A DNA stretch of 59,055 nucleotides, filler included. It is 8 parts of 8 records of this genome, joined end to end, with 100 filler letters (N's around TTAATTAATTAA, not from the genome) between each part and the next. Parts side by side here need not be neighbours in the genome. Positions count along the whole stretch, not along the records: positions 5,488 to 15,914 come from SRR31147125_3651; positions 16,015 to 21,560 come from SRR31147125_3654; 6 more parts are not named here. The stretch is one strand, 5' to 3'. The translations under genes were made by a program, and so were the position numbers. Position 1 is the first letter of the stretch. Every line of letters begins with the position of its first letter. Positions 10,216 through 19,493 of this stretch are shown one piece after another. The notes under the pieces were generated by a model. It was not told where the DNA came from. It searched no databases and was given only the letters and a program-made list of their open reading frames with translations.

Positions 10216-11309
10216 AGGTGTGGACTCGATTTGAACAATTTTTTAAACATAAGCAGCTTCGATTTTTAGAAATTATTATGGGTCGGCAATTAGTGGATCC
10301 GGAGTCAGTGAACTGGGCAAAGATTCACCGAATTTTGATTGTTCGTCAGCACGATCAATTAGGTGACTTTTTACTTTCAACCCCTGTGTTTTGTGCCTTG
10401 AGAAAAAAATGTCCGGATGCGGATATCTCCGTTATTGCGCGTCGATATACAGTTTTATTGGCAGAAAATCATGATTGCCTTAATAGCGTAATTACCTTTT
10501 ATGAGCATGGAAAATACTGGAATTGGAAAAACATTCGTCGATTTGTTTCAGCTCTGCGTAAAGGGTATGATTTGACGATTGTGTTGAATACTGTGTCACA
10601 TTCACTGACAAGTGATATTATTGCGCATTTTTCAAAAGCAGCCTATATTTTGGGATCCGAACATTGTCTCTTTGAAGGAACGAAGCGAAACTTTTTTTAT
10701 AACCTTGGTGCTCCCTATATTAATGAAAAACGTAGTCAAAGCGATCGTAATTTAGATATTGTTCGTTATATAGGTGTAGAGTATGATGACGCTCGGGAGC
10801 ATATTTTTATCACAGAAGAGGAGCATAAATGGGCTCAGGATCTGTTAACGTCATTGGGAAAAGATCAAAGCAGACCACTCATTGCCATACACCCAGGTGC
10901 TGGAAAATTAGGCAATCGATGGGGCGCTGAAAATTTTGCCATCGTTGCAAACAAATTGGCTGTTGAGCATAATGCACAACTTTTTGTAACCTGGGGGCCA
11001 GATGAAAACGAGCTTGGTCGTCAATTATTTGATAACCTTGATCACCAGGCTTTTACATGGAAAAATAAAAATATAAGAAAAATTGCGGCCGTGTTGGCGC
11101 AGGCCGATTTACTTTTATGTAATGATACAGGTGTTATGCATGTAGGAGCTGCTTGTAATACCCCTTTGGTGGCGGTTTTCGGTCCCACTGACCCGCTTGA
11201 GTGGAAGCCTGTAGGTGATCAATTTGTGGCTATTAGAGGAAAAGACGGTCAATGTAGCTCTGTCAGCACATCTGAAGTTTTTGATGCAGCTTGTAAACTC
11301 TTGAAATAA
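10212..11309 (+). CDS. Glycosyltransferase family 9 (ADP-heptose:LPS heptosyltransferase-like)
   Basis: ILIVRQHDQLGDFLLSTP, AIHPGAG, NDTGVMHVGAA, VFGPTDP. Confidence 0.9.
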   Translation: MKVWTRFEQFFKHKQLRFLEIIMGRQLVDPESVNWAKIHRILIVRQHDQLGDFLLSTPVFCALRKKCPDADISVIARRYTVLLAENHDCLNSVITFYEHGKYWNWKNIRRFVSALRKGYDLTIVLNTVSHSLTSDIIAHFSKAAYILGSEHCLFEGTKRNFFYNLGAPYINEKRSQSDRNLDIVRYIGVEYDDAREHIFITEEEHKWAQDLLTSLGKDQSRPLIAIHPGAGKLGNRWGAENFAIVANKLAVEHNAQLFVTWGPDENELGRQLFDNLDHQAFTWKNKNIRKIAAVLAQADLLLCNDTGVMHVGAACNTPLVAVFGPTDPLEWKPVGDQFVAIRGKDGQCSSVSTSEVFDAACKLLK

Positions 11310-11538
11310 AAAATAAAATTTCTTGCATCTTTCGTTTTTTGTGTTTTTTTTAGTAAAATTAATATAACATGAAACTTTTTCATGTTATATTAATACAACA
11401 AATTATAAAAAGAATGGTTTTAAGGTAAAGTTTTTTCTAAAATTTTAGAAAATATGAAAATTATTGTTGCATTTTTATGTTCCATTTGATACTTTTACGC
11501 CAAAATTTATAAATTGTTTATTCAAACAAGAGGGAATA

Positions 11539-11847
11539 ATGACTAACGAAGAATTTTTTAATGACGATGAAAAGTTCAAAAACGGGATGTCCCTCAGTGC
11601 TGGGGGTGATGACGTGGACGAGCCAAGTTTTATTGAAGAAGACCAACCCGTTGATGAAGAATGGGATGATATTTCTGAGGACGAGAGTGAAGTAAGTAAA
11701 GATGATGATGAGGAAAAAGAGGAAGAATGGGATGATGACAATTGGGAAGATGACGAGGATTGGGCTGATCAGGATGAGGTTGATGAGTCTGAGGAAGATT
11801 GGCTAGAGGGTTCTCCTGAATGGGAGGGTGATGATGACTGGGAATAA
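11539..11847 (+). CDS. Small, extremely acidic, Trp-spaced low-complexity protein (hypothetical)
   Basis: 102 aa from ATG 11539 (GAGGG upstream); 52 D/E and 7 W by hand count. Confidence 0.7.
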   Translation: MTNEEFFNDDEKFKNGMSLSAGGDDVDEPSFIEEDQPVDEEWDDISEDESEVSKDDDEEKEEEWDDDNWEDDEDWADQDEVDESEEDWLEGSPEWEGDDDWE

Positions 11848-11889
11848 ATGTGGCTATCTATACTATTATGTCACGTTTATCTATTCATC

Positions 11890-12360
11890 ATGAAATCGAA
11901 AAGTCAGTCTTTTGATGAGCGGGAATATCCTGTTTATCCTCGCATTGGAGTAGGGACCATTGTATTCAATGCTGATCAAATTCTTTTGATTAAAAGAGGT
12001 CAAGAACCTAAGAAAGGCATGTGGACTTTACCAGGTGGTTTGGTCGAGGCTGGTGAAACCCTTGAAAATACCGCCAGAAGAGAAGTGTTAGAAGAATGTG
12101 GTATTAAAATTAAATTGATTGATAAATTAGATATATTTGAATTTATTGATAAGGATGAAACCGGGAGAGTTAGATATCATTATATAATTGTTGATTATTA
12201 TGCTGACTATTTGCAAGGCACGCTGAATCCGGATAGTGATGTTGACGAGGCCGCCTGGGTAAATGTAAACGATATTGGTCGTTTTCAGCTCTCCGACAGT
12301 GTTAAGAAATTAATTGCTATGGCGGTCCGTATAAAAGAGGATTCGTTGATAAATCGTTGA
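11890..12360 (+). CDS. Nudix hydrolase (ADP-ribose pyrophosphatase-like)
   Basis: Nudix box GGLVEAGETLENTARREVLEECG; REYPxxP N-terminus; YHYIIVDY. Confidence 0.9.
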   Translation: MKSKSQSFDEREYPVYPRIGVGTIVFNADQILLIKRGQEPKKGMWTLPGGLVEAGETLENTARREVLEECGIKIKLIDKLDIFEFIDKDETGRVRYHYIIVDYYADYLQGTLNPDSDVDEAAWVNVNDIGRFQLSDSVKKLIAMAVRIKEDSLINR

Positions 12361-12455
12361 TACCTTATTTTACTTGTAATTGCCATGGATGTGAGGACGA
12401 AACAGCCTATGAAGAGTCCTTGATGCAATGGAGAAAGTGCCGGGAAATTTAATAT

Positions 12456-13506
12456 ATGACTTTGTTAAAAGATATTGATAAAATTTTGATCATTAAACTT
12501 CGCGCAATCGGTGATGTTGTCATGTCTACCGTAGTATTGGATAACTTGAGAGCTGCTTTTCCCAAAGCTCGTATCGATTTTTTAACAGAGTCAGAATCCA
12601 AAGATATTCTTATTGGAAATCCCACTCAATCAAGTGCTGGTTTTTGATCGAAAAAGAATAAAAGATTTGCCTTTATTGCAAAGAATAAAGGAATCACGAC
12701 ATCTCATTAAAACAATACGCAATCAAAATTATAACCTTGTTTTTGACTTTTTTGGTAATCCAAGGAGTGCCTGGCTAACCTGGCTGAGTGGTGCGGCTAT
12801 TCGCGTAGGATATGATTATCGCATTCGCAAGAATGCTTATACCATCGTAACACCCTCCAATGCAGATAAACTGCATGAGGTTGAATGGCATCTGGATGCG
12901 CTGCACGCCATTCATGTTCCAATTACGGATAAAAAAACCAGTATTGTTGTCGGAACTGGTAGTAAAAATTTTGCGGATTCATTTTGGCAATCTGCTGGTT
13001 TAAACGGTCAGGATGTTGTGGCAATTAATTTTTCAGGTGGCTGGCCAGCAAAAAGATGGCCATTAGATCGCTTTGCTCACTTGATTGACATTTTAAGCAT
13101 AAAGTACAATTCTAAAATACTCTTAATCTGGGGTCCCGGCGAAAAAGAGCAGGCCTTAACGTTACAAGCACTTACTATAAAACCAACCATATTAATTCCT
13201 GATACAAATCTGACACAACTTGCTGCAATATTATCAAAAGTACAGCTTATGGTGACCACCGACTCTGGTCCAATGCATATTGCCGCCTCAGTGGAGACAC
13301 CTTGTGTGGCCTTGTTTGGTCCAACAAATCCGAAATTGCAGGGTCCATACGGTGATATACATCAGGTCGTCCGTAAAGAAGGCCTGGACTGCCTGGCATG
13401 TAACCGTTTGGATTGTGATCATCTTTCCTGTATGAATTCCCTGTCCGTTAAAGAGGTTCTAAAAGCTGTCGAAAAGTGCGTACATAAGAACCAGTTATTT
13501 TCCTAA
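12456..13506 (+). CDS. Glycosyltransferase family 9 heptosyltransferase (frameshift near 12620)
   Basis: KILIIKLRAIGDVVMST (ORF 12456) continues into NQVLVFD...WPAKRWP...DSGPMHIAA...LFGPT (ORF 12613). Confidence 0.88.
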
Positions 13507-13526
13507 CCTTTGAAGATCACATCAAT

Positions 13527-14308
13527 ATGAAAAATATATCCGTCACAGTCATCACGCAAAATGAGGAAAATAATATAAAAGACTGTCTGGCAAGTGTTTG
13601 CTGGGCAGATGAAATTGTTGTTGTGGATTCCAATAGTACCGATAAAACTGTAGAAATTTGTAAAGAATTTACAGATAAAATATTTATTCGTAAATGGGAG
13701 GGATTTGCGGCTCAAAAGCAATTTGCCATTGATCAGTGTCAGTATGAATGGATATTAAGTATTGATGCCGATGAGCGTGTCCTTCCAGCCTGCCGTGATG
13801 AAATTATTGAAACCATTAAACGCAACGACGTGGCTGATGGTTATCTCATTGCCCGACAAAGCTATTTCTTGAATAAATGGATAAAATACAGCGGTTGGTA
13901 TCCGGGGTATCAGCTTCGGTTTTTTAAAAGATCCAAAACTCATGTGAGTCAGGCACTTGTTCATGAAGGTTTTATTGTGGACGGTCGTATTGGAACTCTT
14001 GAAAATGATCTTGTTCACTATTCCCATCCCAGTTTATTTATTAGCCTGGAAAAATTAAATCGATATAGCACATTAGAAGCTTTGGATCGAATGGAGAGAA
14101 AAAAGTGTATTGGTATGATTTTATTATTCATCCCTTTGGCACTTTTGTGAAAAAATATTTTATTCAAAAGGGTTTCCTTGATGGCCTGCATGGATTTTTG
14201 TTAACTCTCATCTCGACATTCCTCAAGATGGTGCTTTATATGAAGCTGTGGAAGTTACAGAAAATGTCTCCGGATGAGATTGGTAATTTAAAAAAGGTGA
14301 CCTATTGA
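13527..14308 (+). CDS. Glycosyltransferase family 2, LPS beta-1,4-glucosyltransferase-like (frameshift at A6 run 14099-14104)
   Basis: ISVTVITQNEE, DEIVVVDSNSTD, IDADE, GWYP, VHE; the second ORF supplies GFLDGLHG. Confidence 0.88.
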
Positions 14309-15063
14309 GCACTACAATATCCGTCATACTTATTACTTTAAATGAAGAAAAAAATATTAAAGACTGTTTGCAGAGTGTCCAGTGGGCTGATGAGATTGTT
14401 GTTATTGATTCCTTTAGTACCGATCGCACGGCAGAGATGGCACAGCAATATACAGATATAGTTATTCAAACGGAGTGGAAGGGCTATTCTTTCAACAAAA
14501 ATCTTGCCTTGCAACACGCTACATCAGATTGGATTCTGTGGATTGATGCTGATGAACGTGTCACTCCTGAACTCGAGATGGAAATTAAAAATATTGTAGC
14601 AAACCAATCTGGTGAAAACGGATTTGAAATCCCACGCAAGGCCTTTTTCCTGGGACGTTGGATCAAACATTGTGGGTGGTATCCGGGCTATGTATTACGT
14701 TTGTTTCGTAGAGGTAAAGGTCGTTTTAATGACAATCAGGTGCATGAGGGACTCGAACTGGACGGGAAACGCGGCAAACTCGTGAATGCGCTTTTACATT
14801 ATACTGATGATTCCCTCGATCACTATCTTTGGAAATTTAATCGTTACACCTCTCTCGCTGCTAATGATCTAGCCGCAAAGGAACGTCAGGCTGGACTAGC
14901 AAGTATTTTATTTAGACCATTGTTTACTTTTATCAAAATGTATTTCCTTAAACGTGGTTTCTTAGATGGTGTGGAGGGTTTTATGCTCTGCCTGCTATCC
15001 TCCTTTTATGTTTCTATGAAATATGCTAAATTATGGGAAAAACGACTCACCGATATCGCATGA
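14305..15063 (+). CDS. Glycosyltransferase family 2, LPS beta-1,4-glucosyltransferase-like (paralog of upstream gene)
   Basis: ISVILITLNEE, DSFSTD, IDADE, GWYP, VHE, GFLDGVEG; TTG start. Confidence 0.9.
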   Translation: MSTTISVILITLNEEKNIKDCLQSVQWADEIVVIDSFSTDRTAEMAQQYTDIVIQTEWKGYSFNKNLALQHATSDWILWIDADERVTPELEMEIKNIVANQSGENGFEIPRKAFFLGRWIKHCGWYPGYVLRLFRRGKGRFNDNQVHEGLELDGKRGKLVNALLHYTDDSLDHYLWKFNRYTSLAANDLAAKERQAGLASILFRPLFTFIKMYFLKRGFLDGVEGFMLCLLSSFYVSMKYAKLWEKRLTDIA

Positions 15064-15268
15064 TAAAACATATTTTTACTATCGTCAATTATGCCTGCCG
15101 GACATTATTTAATAATATTTTCAAAATGCCAGTCTTTACACGGGTAAGATCATGCCAACAGGTGTAAAATGTGTATTAAATATCTTGAATGAGTTTAAAA
15201 TAATTATTATCTTTTATTAATAATCTGCAATTTTTGTATTTCTCAAGATGATCCGGAGGTCTATTTAC

Positions 15269-15607
15269 ATGAATTTTTCTTTAGAAGAAAAAGATGAAAT
15301 AGCAATTTTAAAGCTAAAAGAAGAACGTCTTGACTCTTATATTGCATCTGAATTAAAAGCACAATTGTTGGTTCAACTTGAGAGCGAAGTGAAAAATATA
15401 GTTGTCGATTTGTCTGATACCAGCTATGTAGATAGTTCAGGACTTGGGGCGTTGTTGCTTGGTGTCAGGCAGGCCAGAGAAAATGAGGGGACTTTTGCGA
15501 TATGTGGAGCGCAAAAAAGAGTTAAAAGTTTGATTAATATTGCGCATTTGGACGATGTGCTCATAAACTATGAAACCGTCGCTGATGCACTAAAAGAAAT
15601 GAAATAG
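15269..15607 (+). CDS. STAS-domain anti-sigma factor antagonist
   Basis: VDLSDTSYVDSSGLGAL phosphorylation motif; GGAGG RBS at 15255. Confidence 0.9.
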   Translation: MNFSLEEKDEIAILKLKEERLDSYIASELKAQLLVQLESEVKNIVVDLSDTSYVDSSGLGALLLGVRQARENEGTFAICGAQKRVKSLINIAHLDDVLINYETVADALKEMK

Positions 15608-15914
15608 CTCATTGAATGTAACTATATGATCTGAAATAAAAACAAGATATACCAAAATTGTGGTGCTTTTTCTCAAAGTAATGAACCTTGAATAAAGAGA
15701 AGCACATAATGAGTATATTTGAAATACATAATGTGGTGAACTGTTAATAACGATTAAACGAGTGCCCTGAGTCGTTCAGGATACATTTTAAGCGGACTTT
15801 ATGTTTTGTAAAACAGGTTTCTCCTTAACGAATTTTGTATACATGGAGACTTGGATATTTCTTTTTATTTAGAAAATATTAATGACCCGCCCAAAATCTA
15901 ACCGTTCTTTTTTT

Positions 15915-16014
15915 NNNNNNNNNNNNNNNNNNNNNNNNNNNNNNNNNNNNNNNNNNNNTTAATTAATTAANNNNNNNNNNNNNNNNNNNNNNNNNNNNNN
16001 NNNNNNNNNNNNNN
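15915..16014. other. Artificial contig spacer
   Basis: N44-TTAATTAATTAA-N44. Confidence 0.99.
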
Positions 16015-16196
16015 AAATTCCGCGTAATAACGGATCTGCACCCTAAAAAATGAATAAGTTTTTGACGTTTGTGGTTATTCCCGAATCTTTTCGCAATAAT
16101 TATTGATTCTGTTTTCGGGCCAAAACAAAAAAGGAGTGTCCAAAAAGTAAAATTAATACATGAAACTTACAGTTTAAAAGTTTTGAGCTATCAAAG

Positions 16197-16254
16197 CCCC
16201 CGTAAATCCCCCAAAGGAGGATATCACCTCCCCTTTCGGGGAGGCCGGGTGGGG
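16197..16254. repeat. REP-like GC-rich double-hairpin element
   Basis: ATCCCCC-AAA-GGAGGAT and CCTCCCC-TTTC-GGGGAGG hairpins enclosed by CCCC...GGGG. Confidence 0.6.
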
Positions 16255-16310
16255 ACAATTACGTATAAATTCAAAGCCTAATTTTGATATTATTTGCTTT
16301 TGAAGTAATC

Positions 16311-17747
16311 CTATATCGATTTCAATAACTCTGGCTTTTCGTTGTAAAGCTTTATTATCAGCTCTCCAAACAGTGTATTTGCCCAGGCAAACCACGAGCG
16401 CGAAAAATTCGAAGCATCGTCTTTATGGAACGTTTCGTGCATAAACCCCATATTGTTATGCGTTTCGAGTAACTGTTTTATGCACCATGCAATTTCTTTA
16501 TCGTCGGTAGATGTCATGGCGCGTAAAATAATTCCCATCGGCCAAATGGTGTTCATTCCTGCATGCGGACCACCTTGCCCCTCTCCTGCTTCTCCTTTAA
16601 AATAGTACGGATTATCGTTGCTTAACAGGTAGTTGCGGGTATTCAAATAGATTGATTTATCGTAATGTTTTTCCTGAAGTAAATAACGCATGGCAATTAA
16701 AGACGGAATATTTGGGTCGTCGATAAACACTTTATTTCCATAACCATCTACCTCGTAGGCATAAATCTTTCCGTAGTTCAAATGCTCGGTTACTGCATAT
16801 TTGTTAATGGCATCTTTTACTTCTTTCGAGAAATCAGCACATTGTTTTGCGAATGCTTTATCGTTTATAACATCGGCATAAATTTTACTCAACTGTGCCA
16901 GCGATTCCACGGCAAACAGGTTCGACGGAATAAGAAACGGGTACATGGTTCCATCGTCGGACGGACGAAAAGCTGAACAAATCAGACCAACCGGTTTCGA
17001 AGGGCGTCCTTTCCCGCTAAATGGTGCGGTTACCGTATGATTTTCGTGACGACGAATGAAATAATAAGGAGTTTCGCCATTTTTGCGTTGCTCGGTACGG
17101 AATGTTTTTACAATGGTACGTGCTGCTTTGTCCCAATCGGCATCGAATACCGAAATATCGCCGGTTTCTTTCCAGTAGCCATGCGCCAAACGAACGGCAT
17201 AACAAAGCGAATCTATTTCCCATTTACGTTCGTGAACCCCCGGAAGCTGATCCGGTTTATCATCTTTCCACTCCGATTTTCGCGTTAAATCTTTGAAAAA
17301 AGCATTGGCATACGAATCGAGATTTACACACTTGGTTTGGCGGTTAATCAATCCTTTAAACAAATCGGCCAATTTTTTATCCTCTTTCACCAAAGGCAGG
17401 TAGGGCCATATTTGTGCTGTTGAATCGCGTAGCCACATGGCATCAATATCGCCGGTAATAATGAATGCATCGGGTTTGCCGGCAATCATTTCAAAGTCTA
17501 CCGTGGTATCCAGTGTATTCGGGAAACAATTTTCGAACATCCACGCCAATTCCGGGTTATTGATTCCTGTTTTTACTTTCGTTATGGTTAGTTCAACGGC
17601 CTTGCTGGTAAAAGTACGCTCGCCAATAGCAGGGCGGCACGTTTTAAAATCGGTACTACCAACCATTGCCCACGATGCTTTTGATAATATTGTGGCGCCG
17701 GCTGTTGCGGCAATGCTTTGTTTAATGAAATTTCTCCTGTTAGTCAT
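16311..17747 (-). CDS. Glycoside hydrolase family 125 (exo-alpha-1,6-mannosidase-like) with Tat-type signal
   Basis: NRRNFIK signal; FENCFPNTLDTT, TGDIDAMWLRDS, ERKWEIDS, FRPSDD, DDPNIPSL, SRSWFAWAN. Confidence 0.93.
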   Translation of the reverse strand: MTNRRNFIKQSIAATAGATILSKASWAMVGSTDFKTCRPAIGERTFTSKAVELTITKVKTGINNPELAWMFENCFPNTLDTTVDFEMIAGKPDAFIITGDIDAMWLRDSTAQIWPYLPLVKEDKKLADLFKGLINRQTKCVNLDSYANAFFKDLTRKSEWKDDKPDQLPGVHERKWEIDSLCYAVRLAHGYWKETGDISVFDADWDKAARTIVKTFRTEQRKNGETPYYFIRRHENHTVTAPFSGKGRPSKPVGLICSAFRPSDDGTMYPFLIPSNLFAVESLAQLSKIYADVINDKAFAKQCADFSKEVKDAINKYAVTEHLNYGKIYAYEVDGYGNKVFIDDPNIPSLIAMRYLLQEKHYDKSIYLNTRNYLLSNDNPYYFKGEAGEGQGGPHAGMNTIWPMGIILRAMTSTDDKEIAWCIKQLLETHNNMGFMHETFHKDDASNFSRSWFAWANTLFGELIIKLYNEKPELLKSI

Positions 17748-18050
17748 GTTTTTATTCTTACTTAGTTAGCCTTGGATAATCCTCAACATTCATTTGAAGA
17801 TTCTCCCGGTTCGATAATCATTTTACTCCTTTAAAAAAGCGTCTAAAGGTAATAAAACAAGAGTTTCACGCTTCTCTGTCCATCTCATTTTTTTTGAATA
17901 TCGATAATAAAAAGACTATTGCTGCAAGTATCAGCAAAAAACGCGTAGTAAGTCCTGCTACATGATTCAAATACTGTGAAGTATCGGACCAAATGGCACC
18001 TTCTTTCTTATGCCTAAGTGTTAAAAACTTCTTTGATTAATTATACAACC

Positions 18051-19436
18051 TCACCTCCAAACCTTTTCAATATCTTCTAACGACATGCCTTTTGTTTCAG
18101 GTATTCTTTTCAAAATAAATGGTACCGGAATACAAAAAAGTGCAAAAATAAAAAAGGTTCCTGCTGCTGTTAGTGTTTCAAGCATCCAGGGAACCACTTG
18201 CCCTATAACTGCTGTTCCAATCCACAATGCAAATGTTGCAATTGACATTGCACGCCCGCGTACATTTGTTGGGTATATTTCGGAGAGTAATACCCACACT
18301 ACCGGTCCAAATCCAACAGAAAATGAAGCACAGAATGTAAGTATGAAAATTAGAATTAGTGTTCCACTGGTTATTTCAAAAAAGAAAAGCCCTCCAACAA
18401 TAATAAGCGAAATAAACATTCCGATAACACCACCAAACATTATCTTTTTTCTTCCAAAACTATCAATTTTCCAGATGGTAAAAATAGTACCAATGGTGTT
18501 CACAAAGCCAATAATTACTTGTCCTCCCAAAGCATCACTCAGCTTCAGCCCCGACTCTTCCATAATTCGCGGGCCATAGTATATTATTGCATTAATTCCC
18601 GTGAATTGAGATAACAAAGCAAGCAAAATACCTGCGATCATTGCGACCTTAATACCCGGGTGAAAAAGAACGTTCCACGAACCTTTTTCTTCTTTTGCAA
18701 TGGCTTTTTTAATTGCTTCCAGTTCATTTTCAGCAATTGAGCTGCTATTTATTTTTTCCAAAACTTTGCCAGCCTGCTGGTTCATTCCTTTACTTGCCAA
18801 CCACCTGGGGCTTTCAGGAATAAAAAACATAGTAATAAAAAACAGTGTGGCCGGTATGGCTTCCGAACCAAACATAGCCCGCCATACTTCTTCAACAAAT
18901 ATTTTATTCAATAATGTGTTTTGCAATTCAACATTTGAACTGTTACCAAGCAACCAGGCATTAGAAAAATAGGCGAATAATATACCAACAGCAATGGCAA
19001 GTTGATAAAGGGCCACCATTCTACCTCTGACCTTGGCCGGAGATACCTCTGAAATGTACAGTGGAGAAAGCATTGAAGCTACACCAACTCCAACGCCTCC
19101 AACTATTCGGTAAATTAACAGTTCGGTGTGCGATGCCGAAATTGCACAGCCAATGGCCGAAACTGAAAATAATAAACCTGAGGCAATCAAAGCTTTTTTT
19201 CGTCCCACCCTGTCGGATAATTCGCCGGCAAAGGATACACCGGCAATGCATCCCACTAATGCCGATGAAACAAACCAGCCTTCCATAACAGCATCGAGGG
19301 CAAATTTCGATTTAACAAAACCGATTGTTCCTGAAATTACGGCAGTATCGTAGCCAAAAAGGAATCCACCCAAAGCGGCAGTTAAGGCAATAAATGCTAA
19401 GTAAAGATTGTTTGATTTTTGGTTTTTATGGTTCAT
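18051..19436 (-). CDS. Sugar porter family MFS transporter
   Basis: GGFLFGYDTAVISG, DRVGRK, YISEVSP, PESPRWL, QFTGINAIIYY, SEIYP, PETKG. Confidence 0.95.
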   Translation of the reverse strand: MNHKNQKSNNLYLAFIALTAALGGFLFGYDTAVISGTIGFVKSKFALDAVMEGWFVSSALVGCIAGVSFAGELSDRVGRKKALIASGLLFSVSAIGCAISASHTELLIYRIVGGVGVGVASMLSPLYISEVSPAKVRGRMVALYQLAIAVGILFAYFSNAWLLGNSSNVELQNTLLNKIFVEEVWRAMFGSEAIPATLFFITMFFIPESPRWLASKGMNQQAGKVLEKINSSSIAENELEAIKKAIAKEEKGSWNVLFHPGIKVAMIAGILLALLSQFTGINAIIYYGPRIMEESGLKLSDALGGQVIIGFVNTIGTIFTIWKIDSFGRKKIMFGGVIGMFISLIIVGGLFFFEITSGTLILIFILTFCASFSVGFGPVVWVLLSEIYPTNVRGRAMSIATFALWIGTAVIGQVVPWMLETLTAAGTFFIFALFCIPVPFILKRIPETKGMSLEDIEKVWR

Positions 19437-19493
19437 TATTTTTTTGCTTTTAGTTTAAAGCATTTGCTTTTTTTACTTCAATAATTCTCTGTT

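Noticed and set aside
11475-11741. Ser-rich minus-strand ORF
   Set aside because: Antisense of GAT/GAA-rich codons of the acidic protein.
12391-12420. Hammerhead-like words GTGAGGACGAAAC and TGAAGAGTCC
   Set aside because: Only 6 nt separate GAAAC from TGAAGA, too few for stems I and III, and the conserved C of CUGANGA is missing.
13527-14308. Phase variation of LPS glycosyltransferases by slipped-strand repeats
   Set aside because: Runs are short (6 nt or less) and identical breaks hit unrelated genes on other contigs, favouring sequencing error.
17765-18050. Possible small membrane ORF between the sugar porter and GH125
   Set aside because: No convincing start or recognisable motif; at most a remnant.
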